Positions 1-15,385 of a DNA stretch of 64,000 bases are shown piece after piece (the stretch's first letter is position 1; the number at the start of each line of letters is the position of its first letter). A program made the translations under genes and the position numbers. The notes under the pieces are model-generated. The model had not been told where the DNA came from and did not search any database. It was given only the letters and a program-made list of their open reading frames with translations. This DNA is from Batkoa obscura (taxonomy: Eukaryota), in contig JASVEC010000022.1 of NCBI GenBank assembly GCA_030770535.1, forward strand, positions 1-64,000, given 5' to 3'.

Positions 1-69
1 ACCTAACCCTAACCCTAACCCTAACCCTAACCCTAACCCTAACCCCTAACCCTAAACCCTAACCCTAAC

Positions 70-110
<41 letters not shown>

Positions 111-698
111 CCCTAACCCTAACCCTAACCCTAACCCTAACCCTAACCCTAACCCTAACCCTAACCCTAACCCTAACCCTAACCCTAACCCTAACCCTAA
201 CCCTAACCCTAACCCTAACCCTAACCCTAACCCTAACCCTAACCCTAACCCTAACCCTAACCCTAACCCTAACCCTAACCCTAACCCTAACCCTAACCCT
301 AACCCTAACCCTAACCCTAACCCTAACCCTAACCCTAACCCTAACCCTAACCCTAACCCTAACCCTAACCCTAACCCTAACCCTAACCCTAACCCTAACC
401 CTAACCCTAACCCTAACCCTAACCCTAACCCTAACCCTAACCCTAACCCTAACCCTAACCCTAACCCTAACCCTAACCCTAACCCTAACCCTAACCCTAA
501 CCCTAACCCTAACCCTAACCCTAACCCTAACCCTAACCCTAACCCTAACCCTAACCCTAACCCTAACCCTAACCCTAACCCTAACCCTAACCCTAACCCT
601 AACCCTAACCCTAACCCTAACCCTAACCCTAACCCTAACCCTAACCCTAACCCTAACCCTAACCCTAACCCTAACCCTAACCCTAACCCTAACCCTAA
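1..698. repeat. Telomere, (CCCTAA)n / (TTAGGG)n
   Basis: Near-perfect CCCTAA array from base 1 to 698; a few variant units in the first ~100 bp. Confidence 0.99.
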
Positions 699-708
699 AA
701 ATATCCCT

Positions 709-1174
709 TGTAAAATATTGCTTTATCAGCTCTCGGATTGATTATAACACAAAAATCACTTAAGTTACTGTGTTCTCAAGTTCAAACACAATCAAGTCAG
801 AGTCCTTTATTTTGGTTTGCTGCGAGAATTTCTAACTTCATATTGCAAACAACATTATCCTCTCATTTTGATATCCATACTTGTTGGAGTATAAAAGAAA
901 CTGCTCAACACAATAACTCGAGGCTTTTTTTAATTGAATCACTCCCTGATAACGTATCATTAATAAAGTCATTAAGTCTTTCTGACAACATCTTATATAG
1001 ATTTTACAGTAGTATCTTCCATTGTATTTGTTTTACACAATTCGTAGCTTATTACGTACTATTTCTATTAAGTTAGGTCTATCTTAGTTACATAAACTAA
1101 GACCCTTCGACTCAAGGCAACTTAATCAACCAAGAACTGCTTTTAACTCCTACCACTGGGTACCAACTTTCACA
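709..1174 (+). mobile_element. Solo-LTR-like repeat, copy 1 (~466 bp)
   Basis: Begins TGTAAAA and ends TTTCACA (TG...CA); TATAAAAG at ~890 followed by AATAAA at ~962; aligns along its length with 15386..15979. Confidence 0.65.
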
Positions 1175-1273
1175 GGTGTTTTTTCTGATTTCATCACTTC
1201 TTCTATTTTTTAAGCGCTATTTAAGTGGAAAAGCTATTAGTAAAATTCTTGAACAAAAAAATACATCCCCATA
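1175..1273 (-). mobile_element. MITE family A copy (one terminus missing)
   Basis: Reverse complement matches 4907..5011; ends ...ATACATCCCCATA|TA. Confidence 0.8.
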
Positions 1274-1650
1274 TATTAAGGATTTATAAATTTAAACTTA
1301 TAAATTTAAACTTAATTTAAATTAACTTTTAAATTAAGTTTTAAATAAATTATAAAATTAATTTGAACATTTTTATATAATATTATTTAATTAATTAATT
1401 CATTATTCTTGTAATTTTTTTGTAAAAATATTACTTTTTAGTTATAATAAATATAAATTAAAAAATCATTATTATAGTTGCTTTAATAACGTTAATTTTT
1501 ATTTAAATTTACTTTAATTATAATTATTTTATGATATTTTATAATCTATTTGTTTTTATTTTTAATTTATTTTGAAAAATCCAGTTTTTTAAAAATAAAT
1601 CAAGATAACTGTGATAGGTTGGAAATGATAAATTACAATTAAGCTCAACT

Positions 1651-1818
1651 TACAGCTACTGCAACTCTATTATAACCAAATTTGCAGTGGCTTTTAGAGC
1701 TAGTTATTTGTCTGTTTGTTTTTTTGAAGCACAGCCTTCAAGTTTTAACCCGGTTTTAGCAAAAACCTATCCTTAAATAAATAGTTAACTAGGTCCCAAT
1801 AGAGTTGCAGCAGCAGTG
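1651..1818. mobile_element. Putative MITE family B (TIR-bounded, ~168 bp)
   Basis: TACAGCTACTGCAACTCTATT (1651-1671) versus AATAGAGTTGCAGCAGCAGTG (1798-1818): 13-bp perfect inverted core, ~21 bp imperfect. Confidence 0.6.
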
Positions 1819-2038
1819 ATTTAGATAATTTTATTTTTTATTAATAATAATTATTTTCAAGTAAAAATTAAAACAAAATCAAATTACATTTTTAATATTT
1901 TAATTCAAAGTTGAGAAAACTAATATCAAATGATAATGATAAAAGCTATATATAGAAAAACATACATTGCCTTATAAATCTTATAATTTGCGATTTTTAT
2001 TTTTATTTTTAAAATAAAATAAAAACACCAAACTAAGG

Positions 2039-4587
2039 TTAAAGTAATCCAGACAACACCTTTTTGCATCCAAGACATATAGTCAAAATGGTATTATTTG
2101 AGTTTATATGTATACATATAGAAGCAGGCGAAGAAGGAGTAGTTAGCGGATGATGGTTGTTACTATTATTTGGTAAATTTACTACTGCATTATTTGGTAA
2201 TTTAATCGATTGAAGAGGAAGAGAGGTAGTAGATTGATTAGGATTTTCGAGTGTATTATCATTTTTTACAGCGTTTGAATTATCATTATGAGTTCCGGTA
2301 ATAAGGTTTGCATTGTATGCTACTACCTTTGAATTTGTATTACAGTCTTTACAAACCATTTGATCATTATTAAAGGCTGGTTTTGTATCATTATAGATGA
2401 TAGAATTTGTTAAATTAGACCTACTTGTTTTTGTTGAACTAGCATCTGAGCCTTTTCTTTCTCTTCTAAGTGATCTTGTTAACTCCTTACTTATCCTTCC
2501 TAATTTGTGAATTGATAAATTGTCATCAAATAATATACTTCTAATTGAAGGAGTATAAGGAGCTGGTAATGTATTACGTCTAAATACTTTCAAATTACCC
2601 AAATAATCCGCACTGATTAATATATGACCTTCATTGATATATGACTCTACCGATGGATTTTCCAAAGAACTGGATTGTGGATTAAGCAATGGATCGTCCA
2701 TTTGTGCTAATAATCTTTTGGTGATCTTAGGCGCTAACACTGCTGCAGTAACAATACTATTGTGCGCTTCAATTGCTTCGTAAGAACAGTCAGCTTCTTT
2801 CTTTTTAAATAAAAATCCTTTTTTAGCTAAGTGTGTATCAAGTTTATCTATAGGATTATTTAAATTAAATATAAAGGTTTGATTGTTTTCTGAGCCACAT
2901 ACAACGTATTTAAGATCATCACTACAATGATAAAACATTAGCTTTAATATTAATCATCAACTAAATATAAACTACCTAAAAGTTGCTTTAATTTGATTCG
3001 AATTATTTTCCGGTCCTTTTAATTTTTGATCTAATGATAGATCATTTACATTATAAATTCGTATTCTTGAATCATTTGAAGTTATCATCACTTTACCCCC
3101 TTCTACGTTTGGGTCAGGGATAGCTTCTATACCTGTAATCTTTCTCGCAACTACAGTTCTAGTCTTTGCCCCTGATTTTACTGTTATTTGCGAATGCACT
3201 TTCAATCCTTCTGTTTTGTAAAATACGCATAGTCCATGATATGATCCTGCTATTGCAAGTTTTCCATCTACACTAAATCCTACAGCAGTTACAAGGTTTC
3301 CATCAGGTAATTCTGCCCAGCTTGATACTTTCTTTTCAGGAATATTCCACAATCGAATTCGACAATCTAAAGATCCAGATATAAAATATCGGTCATTTTT
3401 AGGATGAAAAGCAACTGACGTTACAAAATCCATATGTTGATATACGCAAAGACATTCTGCTCGATTGACATGCCAAAGTCTAATTTTAGATATTAAAAAT
3501 AAAATAAAAAGCTAGTTACCATTTGCTTTACCTTACTGTTTTATCTGTTGAAGAAGATAAAAGAAACCCTGTCTTAGACCACGATAAATCTAATACATCA
3601 CTTTGATGTCCAACAAATGTTCTAATTGGTGAAGAAGTAAAAATAGGGAAATTTTCAATAAATCCCAAACCTCTTGATTTCTTAGCATCATCAAGTTCTT
3701 CTTCAGTCTGATTATTTCTTAACCTTAATCCCCAAATACGAATCACTCCATCTTGCCCACCAGCTGCTAAATATTCTCCATCTTTACTAAAACCAAATGC
3801 CCATATCGCTCCTGGTTTGATCTTTTTATTATTAGCTTCTAATTTAATATTACTGTCTTCTGATTTAGTATTATTATCGATATTAGTAGATGAGGTGGAA
3901 TCTTTTCCATTTTTCATCAAAATCTGAGATAAAAACATCTTATCGAAATCTCTAGTAAATTTGTTTTTTACTTTTGACTATAAATAAAATAAATTTATGA
4001 TAGCTTTAGTGTCTTTATAAAAAATTACTTTTACAAAATCCATTGTTTCTTTAGGGATATCTGAATTAGATATACTTTGAAAATCAACAAAGGAATTTCT
4101 GTTTGTAGTTTCTATTGCGTTTTTTTGAGTGCTTGGAGATGATCTTAAACTTTCTGTACTTTTTGCTTTCCGGATTTCCTTTGAGTTAGCTACTTGAATA
4201 TCGTTAAAATCTTCATTTGAGTTTTTCGTTTCTTCCTTTTCACTTTCTCCATCGTCTGAAATTTTAGTTGAGATTCTAATCCTTGGTGTTGGTTTCAGTT
4301 TTATTGAATTTTCTGGAGATTTAGTTGTCCAAAAATGTACATTATTAAGCAAAGATTTAGCGCCAGAAGTTAAGGTACTATTATTTTTAATTAATGTTTA
4401 ATTCAGAATTAATTTTTCTTACTTAAATGGTACTTTTAAAGAATTACTATTTTCGTTTTCGTTTTCGTTACGGGAAGGAATCTCTTTGATTGCTTCATCA
4501 ACTAAAATGATTAATTATGACAAGTTTTGATTTACATGAACACAATTCTATACCTGGGGAAGTTGGAATATCATGATGCTCTGCCAT
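2039..4587 (-). CDS. WD40 repeat protein, WDR44/Rab11BP-like (yeast DGR2/YMR102C family); multi-exon
   Basis: Exons encode GAIWAFGFSKDGEYLAAGGQDG, GHQSDVLDLSWSK..LLSSSTDKTVR, DFVTSVAFHPKNDRYFISGSLDCRIRLW, MITSNDSRIR and AHNSIVTAAVLAP; ATG at 4587 (MAEHHDIPTSP). Confidence 0.85.
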
Positions 4588-4906
4588 TATAAAAAATGAA
4601 AAGATTAAAAATGTATCTTTAAAGCCTCTATTGCTAAATTGATTGGCTATTTAGACAGAACAGTCACTAAAATTTTAGTTTTAAAATCATTAATCACTTA
4701 TTATTTTATTAGGAAAATGATAATACCAAGTACATTTTTAATTTATTAAATGCTCTATTTTAATTTTTTTGTGATTTAACTGTATTTAAGTTTCATGTTA
4801 TATTTTATACTCTATATAACAATGCGATTTCTTAATATATCGCCTTTAAAAATCCTTCAGTTTAAATGCAGTGTTATTTTTAATTTTCTCTACAATTCTT
4901 AGTATA

Positions 4907-5011
4907 TATGGGGATGTATTTTTTTGTTTAAGAATTTTACTAACAATCTTTCCGCTGAAATAGCGCTTAAAAAATGGAAAAAGTGATGAAGCCAAAGAAA
5001 ACACCCTCATA
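4907..5011 (+). mobile_element. MITE family A copy (105 bp)
   Basis: TA|TATGGGGATGTATTTTT...AAAACACCCTCATA|TA. Confidence 0.85.
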
Positions 5012-5253
5012 TAACATATTAATATATTTTTACTAACAATTAGATAACTTTTAAATAACTTTAAAAGTAAGGTGCTCAGTCATTAATATGAGATGAATTT
5101 TATTCTTTGTATTCCAAAATAAATAATAATAACATGAAATGTAATAATATATTTGCTACTAAATAATTTTGTTAAGCATTTTAAATTTAAAATTGTTTTT
5201 GTTCAAACTTAAATTTGCTTTTTAATAAAATAAACAAAATTATTATACAATAA

Positions 5254-6008
5254 ATGAACAGAGAAATAAAACCAAAGACCAAAAAGTCAAGTTCAAAGTA
5301 GTCAATATAATTTTATAGTTGCCTTTTTATTAAAACATCACTATTTAGACCTGCCGAGTTACCAGCTAATAAGCCTGTTGGTAGGTTTAGACAAGTTATT
5401 GAAGTTACTTCAAAAGTAATATCAAAAGATTACTATTGCTATTATGTTTACTAATAAATTGATATAGAATTTAAGAGATCCAAGATTTGATAATTTAAGT
5501 GGAAAATTCAATGAAGATTTATTTAAAAAATCATATAGTTTTGTAAATGAAATTAAAGCTAATGAAATGCAAGAACTAAAAACCAAAGTTTCAAAAACCA
5601 AAGACCCATTTTTAAAAGAAAAGTTTAGCAAACAATTAAATGCGGAGGTATAGTAATTATATGTACATAAATCAACCATGGCTTAAACTATTAAAGCTTT
5701 CAAAATTAGCAGCAGAAAAACAAAAAGAAGATAGAACTGTGTTGAAGAGAAAAATTAGAAGTGAAGAAAAAGATATGGTCAAGCAAGGAAAAACTCCATT
5801 TTATCTTAAGAAGAGTAATCATTATTATATATCGTATTAATGTAGTTTAACCCTTTATATAGGTGCTATTCGTCAACTTGAGCTAACACAGAAATTTAAC
5901 CAAATGAAAGATAAAAAGAACTTTGATAAAGTTATTGAAAAGAAACGCAAGAGAAATGCAACCAAAGACCACAAGAAACTTCCATTTAAACGTAGGCAGG
6001 AGGAATAA
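5254..6008 (+). CDS. RRP36: rRNA biogenesis protein RRP36; multi-exon, not captured by the ORF track
   Basis: Spliced translation gives PAELPANKPVGRFRQ, RDPRFDNLSGKFNEDLFKKSYSF, QGKTPFYLKKS and KKRKRNATKDHKKLPFKRRQEE*. Confidence 0.9.
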
Positions 6009-6183
6009 CTCTATCGAATTAATTATTATGATAATATATAATAAATAAAAACTGAAATAGATATAGAATAAATGACATAAAGTATGAAACTATATATTTA
6101 AAAAGTATAAATAAAGTACTTAAACTCTATTTAGTTTTTTTCCTATTCGAACACTTTATATTTAAATCGATAGTGTAAATGCT

Positions 6184-6570
6184 TTATTGTTTCTTTTCTA
6201 ACTGTACACCTATTGTACGTAATCTCTTAAATGAAGTAGAAACAAATTTGAGTTCCTCATCAACTTCAAATATCATATCCGTACCGCTGGTTTGGTCATA
6301 CTCCCCTCTTAAAGTATTAGAGCCTATTTGTATGAATGGATTGGGTCCTTCTAAACCCTTGAGTTATTTTAGTATTTAATATTTGATATTTAATTTATTT
6401 ACAAGGATGGAATAAGGATCTCCCGGCTTTATATCTCTCTCACAATCTTTAAGTTCAATGTCTAATATTATATAAGTTTCCTACACTGATTCATAAAAAC
6501 ATATTATAATATCATATACTAATCAAACCTTTTCAATAATTTCATATTCATCATCATTATCACTATTCAT
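6184..6570 (-). CDS. TFIIIC subunit 6 (GTF3C6/Tfc7/Sfc7-like triple-barrel domain); 3 exons
   Basis: Acidic N-terminus, then ETYIILDIE, YSILGLEGPNPFIQIGSNTLRGEYDQTSGTDMIFE. Confidence 0.75.
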
Positions 6571-6910
6571 TTTAGCTTTTTGGATCAAATGCAGACTTAA
6601 TTCAATAATACAATTTTAATTATAATTCTAAAATCAAGTTTTTATTTTTAACGAATAATAATAAATCACACTTATTTTTGAACTTTTATTTCTAAATATG
6701 AAAAATATATCATTCTATAACTCTTTATATAAAACTTTATTTAATAATACTTCAATAATTTATAATAATGTAATTTACATCTTTTATAAATATCATACTT
6801 ATATAAGAATATAAAAATAGTTTATTACTCTTCTTTAATTAACGAACTGAATAAAAACATAGGATCTAAAATAAACATCCTCATATAAAAATAATTTTTA
6901 CTAAATATTA

Positions 6911-9029
<2,119 letters not shown>

Positions 9030-10272
9030 TGATTAAATGTAAAAATGGGAACTGATCAACCTTGGCTTTATATTAATAAAATCAAATGAAGATTTATCAG
9101 TGTATTGGATGGCTTAAAATTGTTGGAGAATTAAAATTTTATTTGATCAAATAAAATGAAGCTTTTTTATTAAAAAGGAAATGTGTCTATTATTATGATG
9201 CAATAAAGCTTACTCATTTTAAGTTGATAGCAAATCATCTTACCTTTACAAAGTCCTACTTTGGAGTTAAAATAAAATAAAAGTTTATAAATAATAAAAC
9301 AATTATACGATTATGATTAAATCTTTGAGTTATAATAAATTATAAATACATTAATTGTTAAGCTATATAATTAGTCTGATAACATAAGAGACATAAAGTG
9401 AATACATTTTTACTTCAAAACAACTAATTTTTAAGCTATAAACACCTCAAAATAGGTTCACTTTTAAAAATTAAATTACCAGGTTGTTGTTAGTTAAATT
9501 TAAGGATTAATTTTTATTACTATCCCTATATATATTCAATTTACAAGTAGTATATTGACCATTTTTATAGACTTTAGGTTATTTTTTAAACTATTCTATA
9601 ATATAGTATAACATAATATGAAATATACTTTTATGGTTTTAATTCCGATAGAATTTTGCTCCTTCTTCCAGTGTTGTTAAAAATTAAATTAAATTTAAAC
9701 AAAAATTAAACTTGTCAAAGCACTTTAGTACCAAACCTAATAGAAAGTGAAAGCTTAAGACATCAAGTTGTTACTAATTTTTATATATTGATAAAAATCT
9801 TTATATTTAAGTTAAACTATATAGCAAAGAAGTACATATAAAACAACGATAACAATTCAAATACTTTCGCATACATTTGAAGCAATCTTTTATCCCAAAG
9901 TAGTTTTGTTACATGAAAGGGCTATTGGTCATAAAAACAAGTGACTTTTGGAACTTAACTTTAATTAAAAAAGCAAAAAAAGCTCAAAATGGTTAGCGCA
10001 AATTATAGCTTAGTAAACGTATTAAAGTTATAAAGCAATAAAAAGCCAATTTGCTTAATAAGTTTATCAAAATTAAACATAACTTTTAAAAAGACGACAT
10101 CATAATAATTACCAAAACTACTGTCTAACTTTAATAGGCATCAACAGTATAAAAATATACTATAGTCTCAACCCTAGAATACAAAAGTAAGCCGATATTC
10201 TAAAATAATTTTATTAGTTTTTAATCAAATAGCGAAGATTACCTTTTTTTATAAAAAATAGTCTTTTTAAAA

Positions 10273-11889
10273 ATGCACAATGATACACCTAAAAAATTAT
10301 TAGGTGAAACTATATTAACAATTCAAGATAAAGTTGCAGTTTATTATGAGTATGATATATTTTATTGATTTATTTTGTTTTATTTTATTTATTTACTTAA
10401 TAATCCATTTAGTGATGAAAAAAAACCAAGCATAGATTCTGTAACGCTTTATATTACCTCTCATCAAATTTATTTTAAAGAAGATAACAGTGAAATGAAT
10501 TTTCATTTAAAAAACCAACATATAATTTCATTCCAAAATATAGTAAGTATTATTTTAAAATATGAAGTACCAAATTGAATATTAGTTATAGACAGGAAAT
10601 ATATTTAAATCTCATAAGATAAAAATAATCTATATTAAAGAAGTGAATGAAGCGACTGAAAAATGGATTTGCGACTTTTGCTTGTTTAAAGAAAATGAGA
10701 TCAAAAACAACACATGTATATCTTGTAATCTATCTAGAAGTTCAAGCACAGGTTCAAAAACAAACTCAAAATCAAGCAAACAAAAAGACACAACAGGAAT
10801 TGTTTGTCAAGGATGTACTTTTATAAATCATCCTTTAATGAAATTTTGTGAGATTTGTGAATTAAAGCTTGTTAATGACGAAAAGCAAAAGGAAGATCAT
10901 GATAAAAAGAACGAACCTGTTATAAAAGTCATAACTTTTTCATTTCGGAGTGGTGGTCAACCAATAGCTTTATCTTCTCTTGAGTCGAGTTTAAATAAAA
11001 AAGCTTGGAAGGTAAAATTTAATAACTATTTGTATATTGATATTAAGATTTGAAGGTAAAATATGATGAAGGTTCCTTTATTAAAAACGAAAAGTTAACA
11101 TATCATGGAGGGATTTCATCAATAACTCAAAGAGCTGAGAAATCAAAAATCACTACACAAGAAACTTTAACCCAGGCATTTTCAGATATAGATGCATTAA
11201 TGGAAAGGGCTAATCATATGGCAAAACTTGCTGAGTATATTGTTAATAAGCTAAAAGCAAAAAATATAAGTGATAACTCAGAAGCAGAAATGGTCGAAGG
11301 TTATTTTCAAAAACTTGGGATTGAGTCCCCAATTTCAAAGTAAACAATTTATTTTCATTTTTAAGTTTAATTTAATGTAATTAAAAGAGATGTTGCTGGA
11401 TCATTATTTTATTTGGAAATAGCAAATGAAGTAGGGCAAGTTATTCTTCCAATAATTACCAACCCTCCTTATATTGGCGTTATGGATGTTATAGATGTCT
11501 ATTGTATTTTTAATAAGGCGAGAGGAATAGGGAATTTAGTGTCACCTTCAGACTTAGTGGCGTCCTTTAATAAATTCGATGAAGCAAGAGTTCCATTAAT
11601 ATTTGATACCTTTTCTACGGGAGTAAAAGTGATTAAACATAAAGATTCAAACGATGATATTATAATTGATAAAATTGTCAATATTTTAGATACAAAACAA
11701 AAGGAGTTGGACGGATATTTTGGTTTAGATTCCACAGCGATAGCCAATAGCTTAGGTAGGGGAATGAGTTTAGAAATTATTAATCATTATTTGAAACAAG
11801 CAGAAATACAAGGAAAATTATGCCGAGATTTAGTCCCACCTTTGAATATAATAACATATTATTTACCGTTTCCGTTTTTCGAAGAATAA
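10273..11889 (+). CDS. VPS36: ESCRT-II subunit VPS36 (GLUE domain with two NZF fingers, EAP30 domain); multi-exon
   Basis: TLYITSHQI, WICDFC..C..C and CQGCTFINHPLMKFCEIC, FSFRSGG, AFSDIDALMERANHM, DVYCIFNKARGIGNLVSPSD, GKLCRD. Confidence 0.9.
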
Positions 11890-11931
11890 AAGAATGATTA
11901 AAAGTACAAATTAGCTTTATTAAACAAATTA

Positions 11932-12603
11932 TTAATATCCTGAACGCACATTCTTCCATTGATACCTAAGATAAAATGTTAAGCAAAGAGATAAAGTACT
12001 TAAAACAAATATAAGATATCCTAAAACACCAGAAACAGTTGAAAAAGTACATATTGAAGGAAAGTCTATAGATTCTGGATGCTTCTCTTTCCAATCGTAA
12101 GAATAAGAAGAGCTTAATTTACATGCAACTAATCTCAAAGTTAAATACCCAGAGAATTTATCACCTTCATTGACATCAATTGGACCTGCAGGCGATCCAA
12201 CTAGTACTAAATTAGTTGCAACAAGAAATCCAACAATCAAAATAAAGTCAATCGTAATATATGAAAATATTAGCCATTTTGGTAAATTATATTGATGACC
12301 TTGTGCTAAAGTTTGGAACATTGCCAAAAAACAATATATGACTGAAAAAACTCCAAGTACTAAATAAAAATAATGGTGACCTTTAATAATGCCAATACTA
12401 TAACCTGTTTCTATTAAAAATGTATCATTTTTACCAAAACATTTCAAACAATAATATATGAACCCGCTTGATATTGTACAAAAGAATAGTGAAAAGAATC
12501 TAAGATAGAATCGAAGTTTATCCAATCCTTCTAATCTAGTTTCTATAATATTCTTTCCTGACTCTATGGCAGATACTGAAGGCAAATCACGCGGTAATAA
12601 CAT
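11932..12603 (-). CDS. Four-TM membrane protein, MARVEL-like
   Basis: 223-aa ORF with four hydrophobic segments; LRFFSLFF in TM1; Cys pair in the loop before TM4. Confidence 0.6.
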   Translation of the reverse strand: MLLPRDLPSVSAIESGKNIIETRLEGLDKLRFYLRFFSLFFCTISSGFIYYCLKCFGKNDTFLIETGYSIGIIKGHHYFYLVLGVFSVIYCFLAMFQTLAQGHQYNLPKWLIFSYITIDFILIVGFLVATNLVLVGSPAGPIDVNEGDKFSGYLTLRLVACKLSSSYSYDWKEKHPESIDFPSICTFSTVSGVLGYLIFVLSTLSLCLTFYLRYQWKNVRSGY

Positions 12604-12698
12604 TTATATACAATATTGAATAAAGATAAGTTAAAAAAATACAAAACGAAAAATAGCATCGGAACTTATTTAGCCAATTAAAGCAATTGATAAAAATA

Positions 12699-12984
12699 TT
12701 AGTTAAGGTATTACTCATGATCGGACAAATTTTTACTCTAAGAAAGTTCCTTTTTTCTGTAAACCAAATTTATAATCACAAAGAATATCAATTAGATTAA
12801 AAAAGCAGTCTCAAATGGCTTTTGAAGCCCTAACGATTTAACGTTATATCAAAATGAGATATTGCTTACTAAAGAGGAACACTAATCAGTATTAAAGTCC
12901 AGGGTTGATACCATGGTTGGGTTAGGACTATAGGTTTTTATTTTATCATAAAAATTGTCTAACTATAAGCAATACCCTGACCAA
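12699..12984. mobile_element. Decayed TIR element (~286 bp)
   Basis: ~36-bp imperfect terminal inverted repeat; the mismatches in the first 30 bp are all transitions. Confidence 0.45.
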
Positions 12985-13361
12985 ATTTAAATAGTTCAAA
13001 CTTTAATTAAAATTTTAATTAAATCATTATCAAATCATTGAATTTGTATATTTATGAATATATTATAAATGTAATTTCTATGTTAACAAAAAGTAAAATA
13101 TTAATGAAAATCATAACCATGATAGCGTTTATTTCCTATTTATTTTTTATAAATTTTATAGTTTTTTTTGCTTATTTTATAAAATATATCTTTATAAAAA
13201 AATTTCAACTTTATTTTATCATTTTTTATATACTTATGAAAGTATGAACTAATATTTAAATTTCAAATTTTTATATTTTTATATTTTCTTTAATTTTAAA
13301 AGCACAAGCTTTTTAGCGTTTTATTTATTATTTTATAATTTTTATTAGAGTTCATTTGCTA

Positions 13362-13463
13362 TATGGGGATGTATTTTTTTGTTTAAGAATTTTACTAACA
13401 ATCTTTCCACTTAAATAGCGATTAAAGAATGGAAAAAATAATTAATCAAAAAACATTCTCATA
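13362..13463 (+). mobile_element. MITE family A copy
   Basis: TATGGGGATGTATTTTTTTGTTTAAGAATTTTACTAACAATCTTTCC...CATTCTCATA. Confidence 0.85.
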
Positions 13464-13485
13464 TTGAAATAATTATAGCTAAGAT

Positions 13486-13509
13486 AAAAATAAAAAATAA
13501 AAATAAATA

Positions 13510-13537
<28 letters not shown>
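13486..13537. repeat. (AAAAAT)n-like simple repeat
   Basis: Run of AAAAAT/AAAAT units. Confidence 0.7.
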
Positions 13538-13540
<3 letters not shown>

Positions 13541-14186
13541 AGCATTTTATGACACATTAAAAAATCATTATGCTTAATATGTTTTTTAAAAATGCAACAT
13601 TATAGTTGAAATGATTTTGTTTATTTACATTCAAACCTTGTTATATATACCACAAATATTTGTAAAACTAAATTGATATTTATATCAGTTATTGTTCTGC
13701 ATTATTATTATTTATAATATTTTTTTAAATGTTATTTTAAAATTAATCAAATAAAATTTACTAAAATCATCTTTTAAAATCCTAACCAATAAAATAACTA
13801 CAAGATGTTAAACATTTTGAACAAATTCAGGACAGTAAACTTACTTCTTTTGATATTAAATACAGCCTATCAATCTAAATTCCATGATTTGAGTTTTTTC
13901 TTTAGCTAATCAAATACTTTTAGCCTTTATTTTTATCGAATATTATTGGCTTCTAGGGTAAAAAAGCATAAAATCCATGAATTAATCCGATAACTCTACG
14001 TAATCAAAGATAATGGTAATAGTATATGATAGAAATAATTTGATAAGCTATCAAATTATTTCTAATGTTGAAATAATATATACGAATGAATGTTCGAGAA
14101 TGATTGGTTCATCCCATGTTATGACAATCTCTCCTAATAATAAACATATATAAATAACAATTTCTATTATCTTTGAACTAATTTAA

Positions 14187-15203
<1,017 letters not shown>

Positions 15204-15385
15204 ATATTTAATTCTTTGAAATAATATATTGCTTTCAAACTAATTTAGGTAACTTGCTTTTTAATTTTTTAATTTTTTAACTGATATAAATACAGTAAGT
15301 GTTTTTCTTTACAATGTCAAATTATATTATAAGTATTACTCATCAATTAATTGATTTATTTAATAATTATTATGAATGGTCTGTC

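Noticed and set aside
1..100. Variant telomere units (CCCCTAA, CCCTAAA, CCTAA)
   Set aside because: Confined to the extreme end where consensus quality is lowest; cannot be distinguished from sequencing error
738..1076. 112-aa ORF next to the telomere
   Set aside because: Non-ATG start, lies inside the LTR-like repeat, and no recognisable motif
13038..13247. 69-aa hydrophobic ORF (similar cases at 59619, 26033, 39149)
   Set aside because: AT-rich chance ORFs, or antisense/alternative frames of real genes
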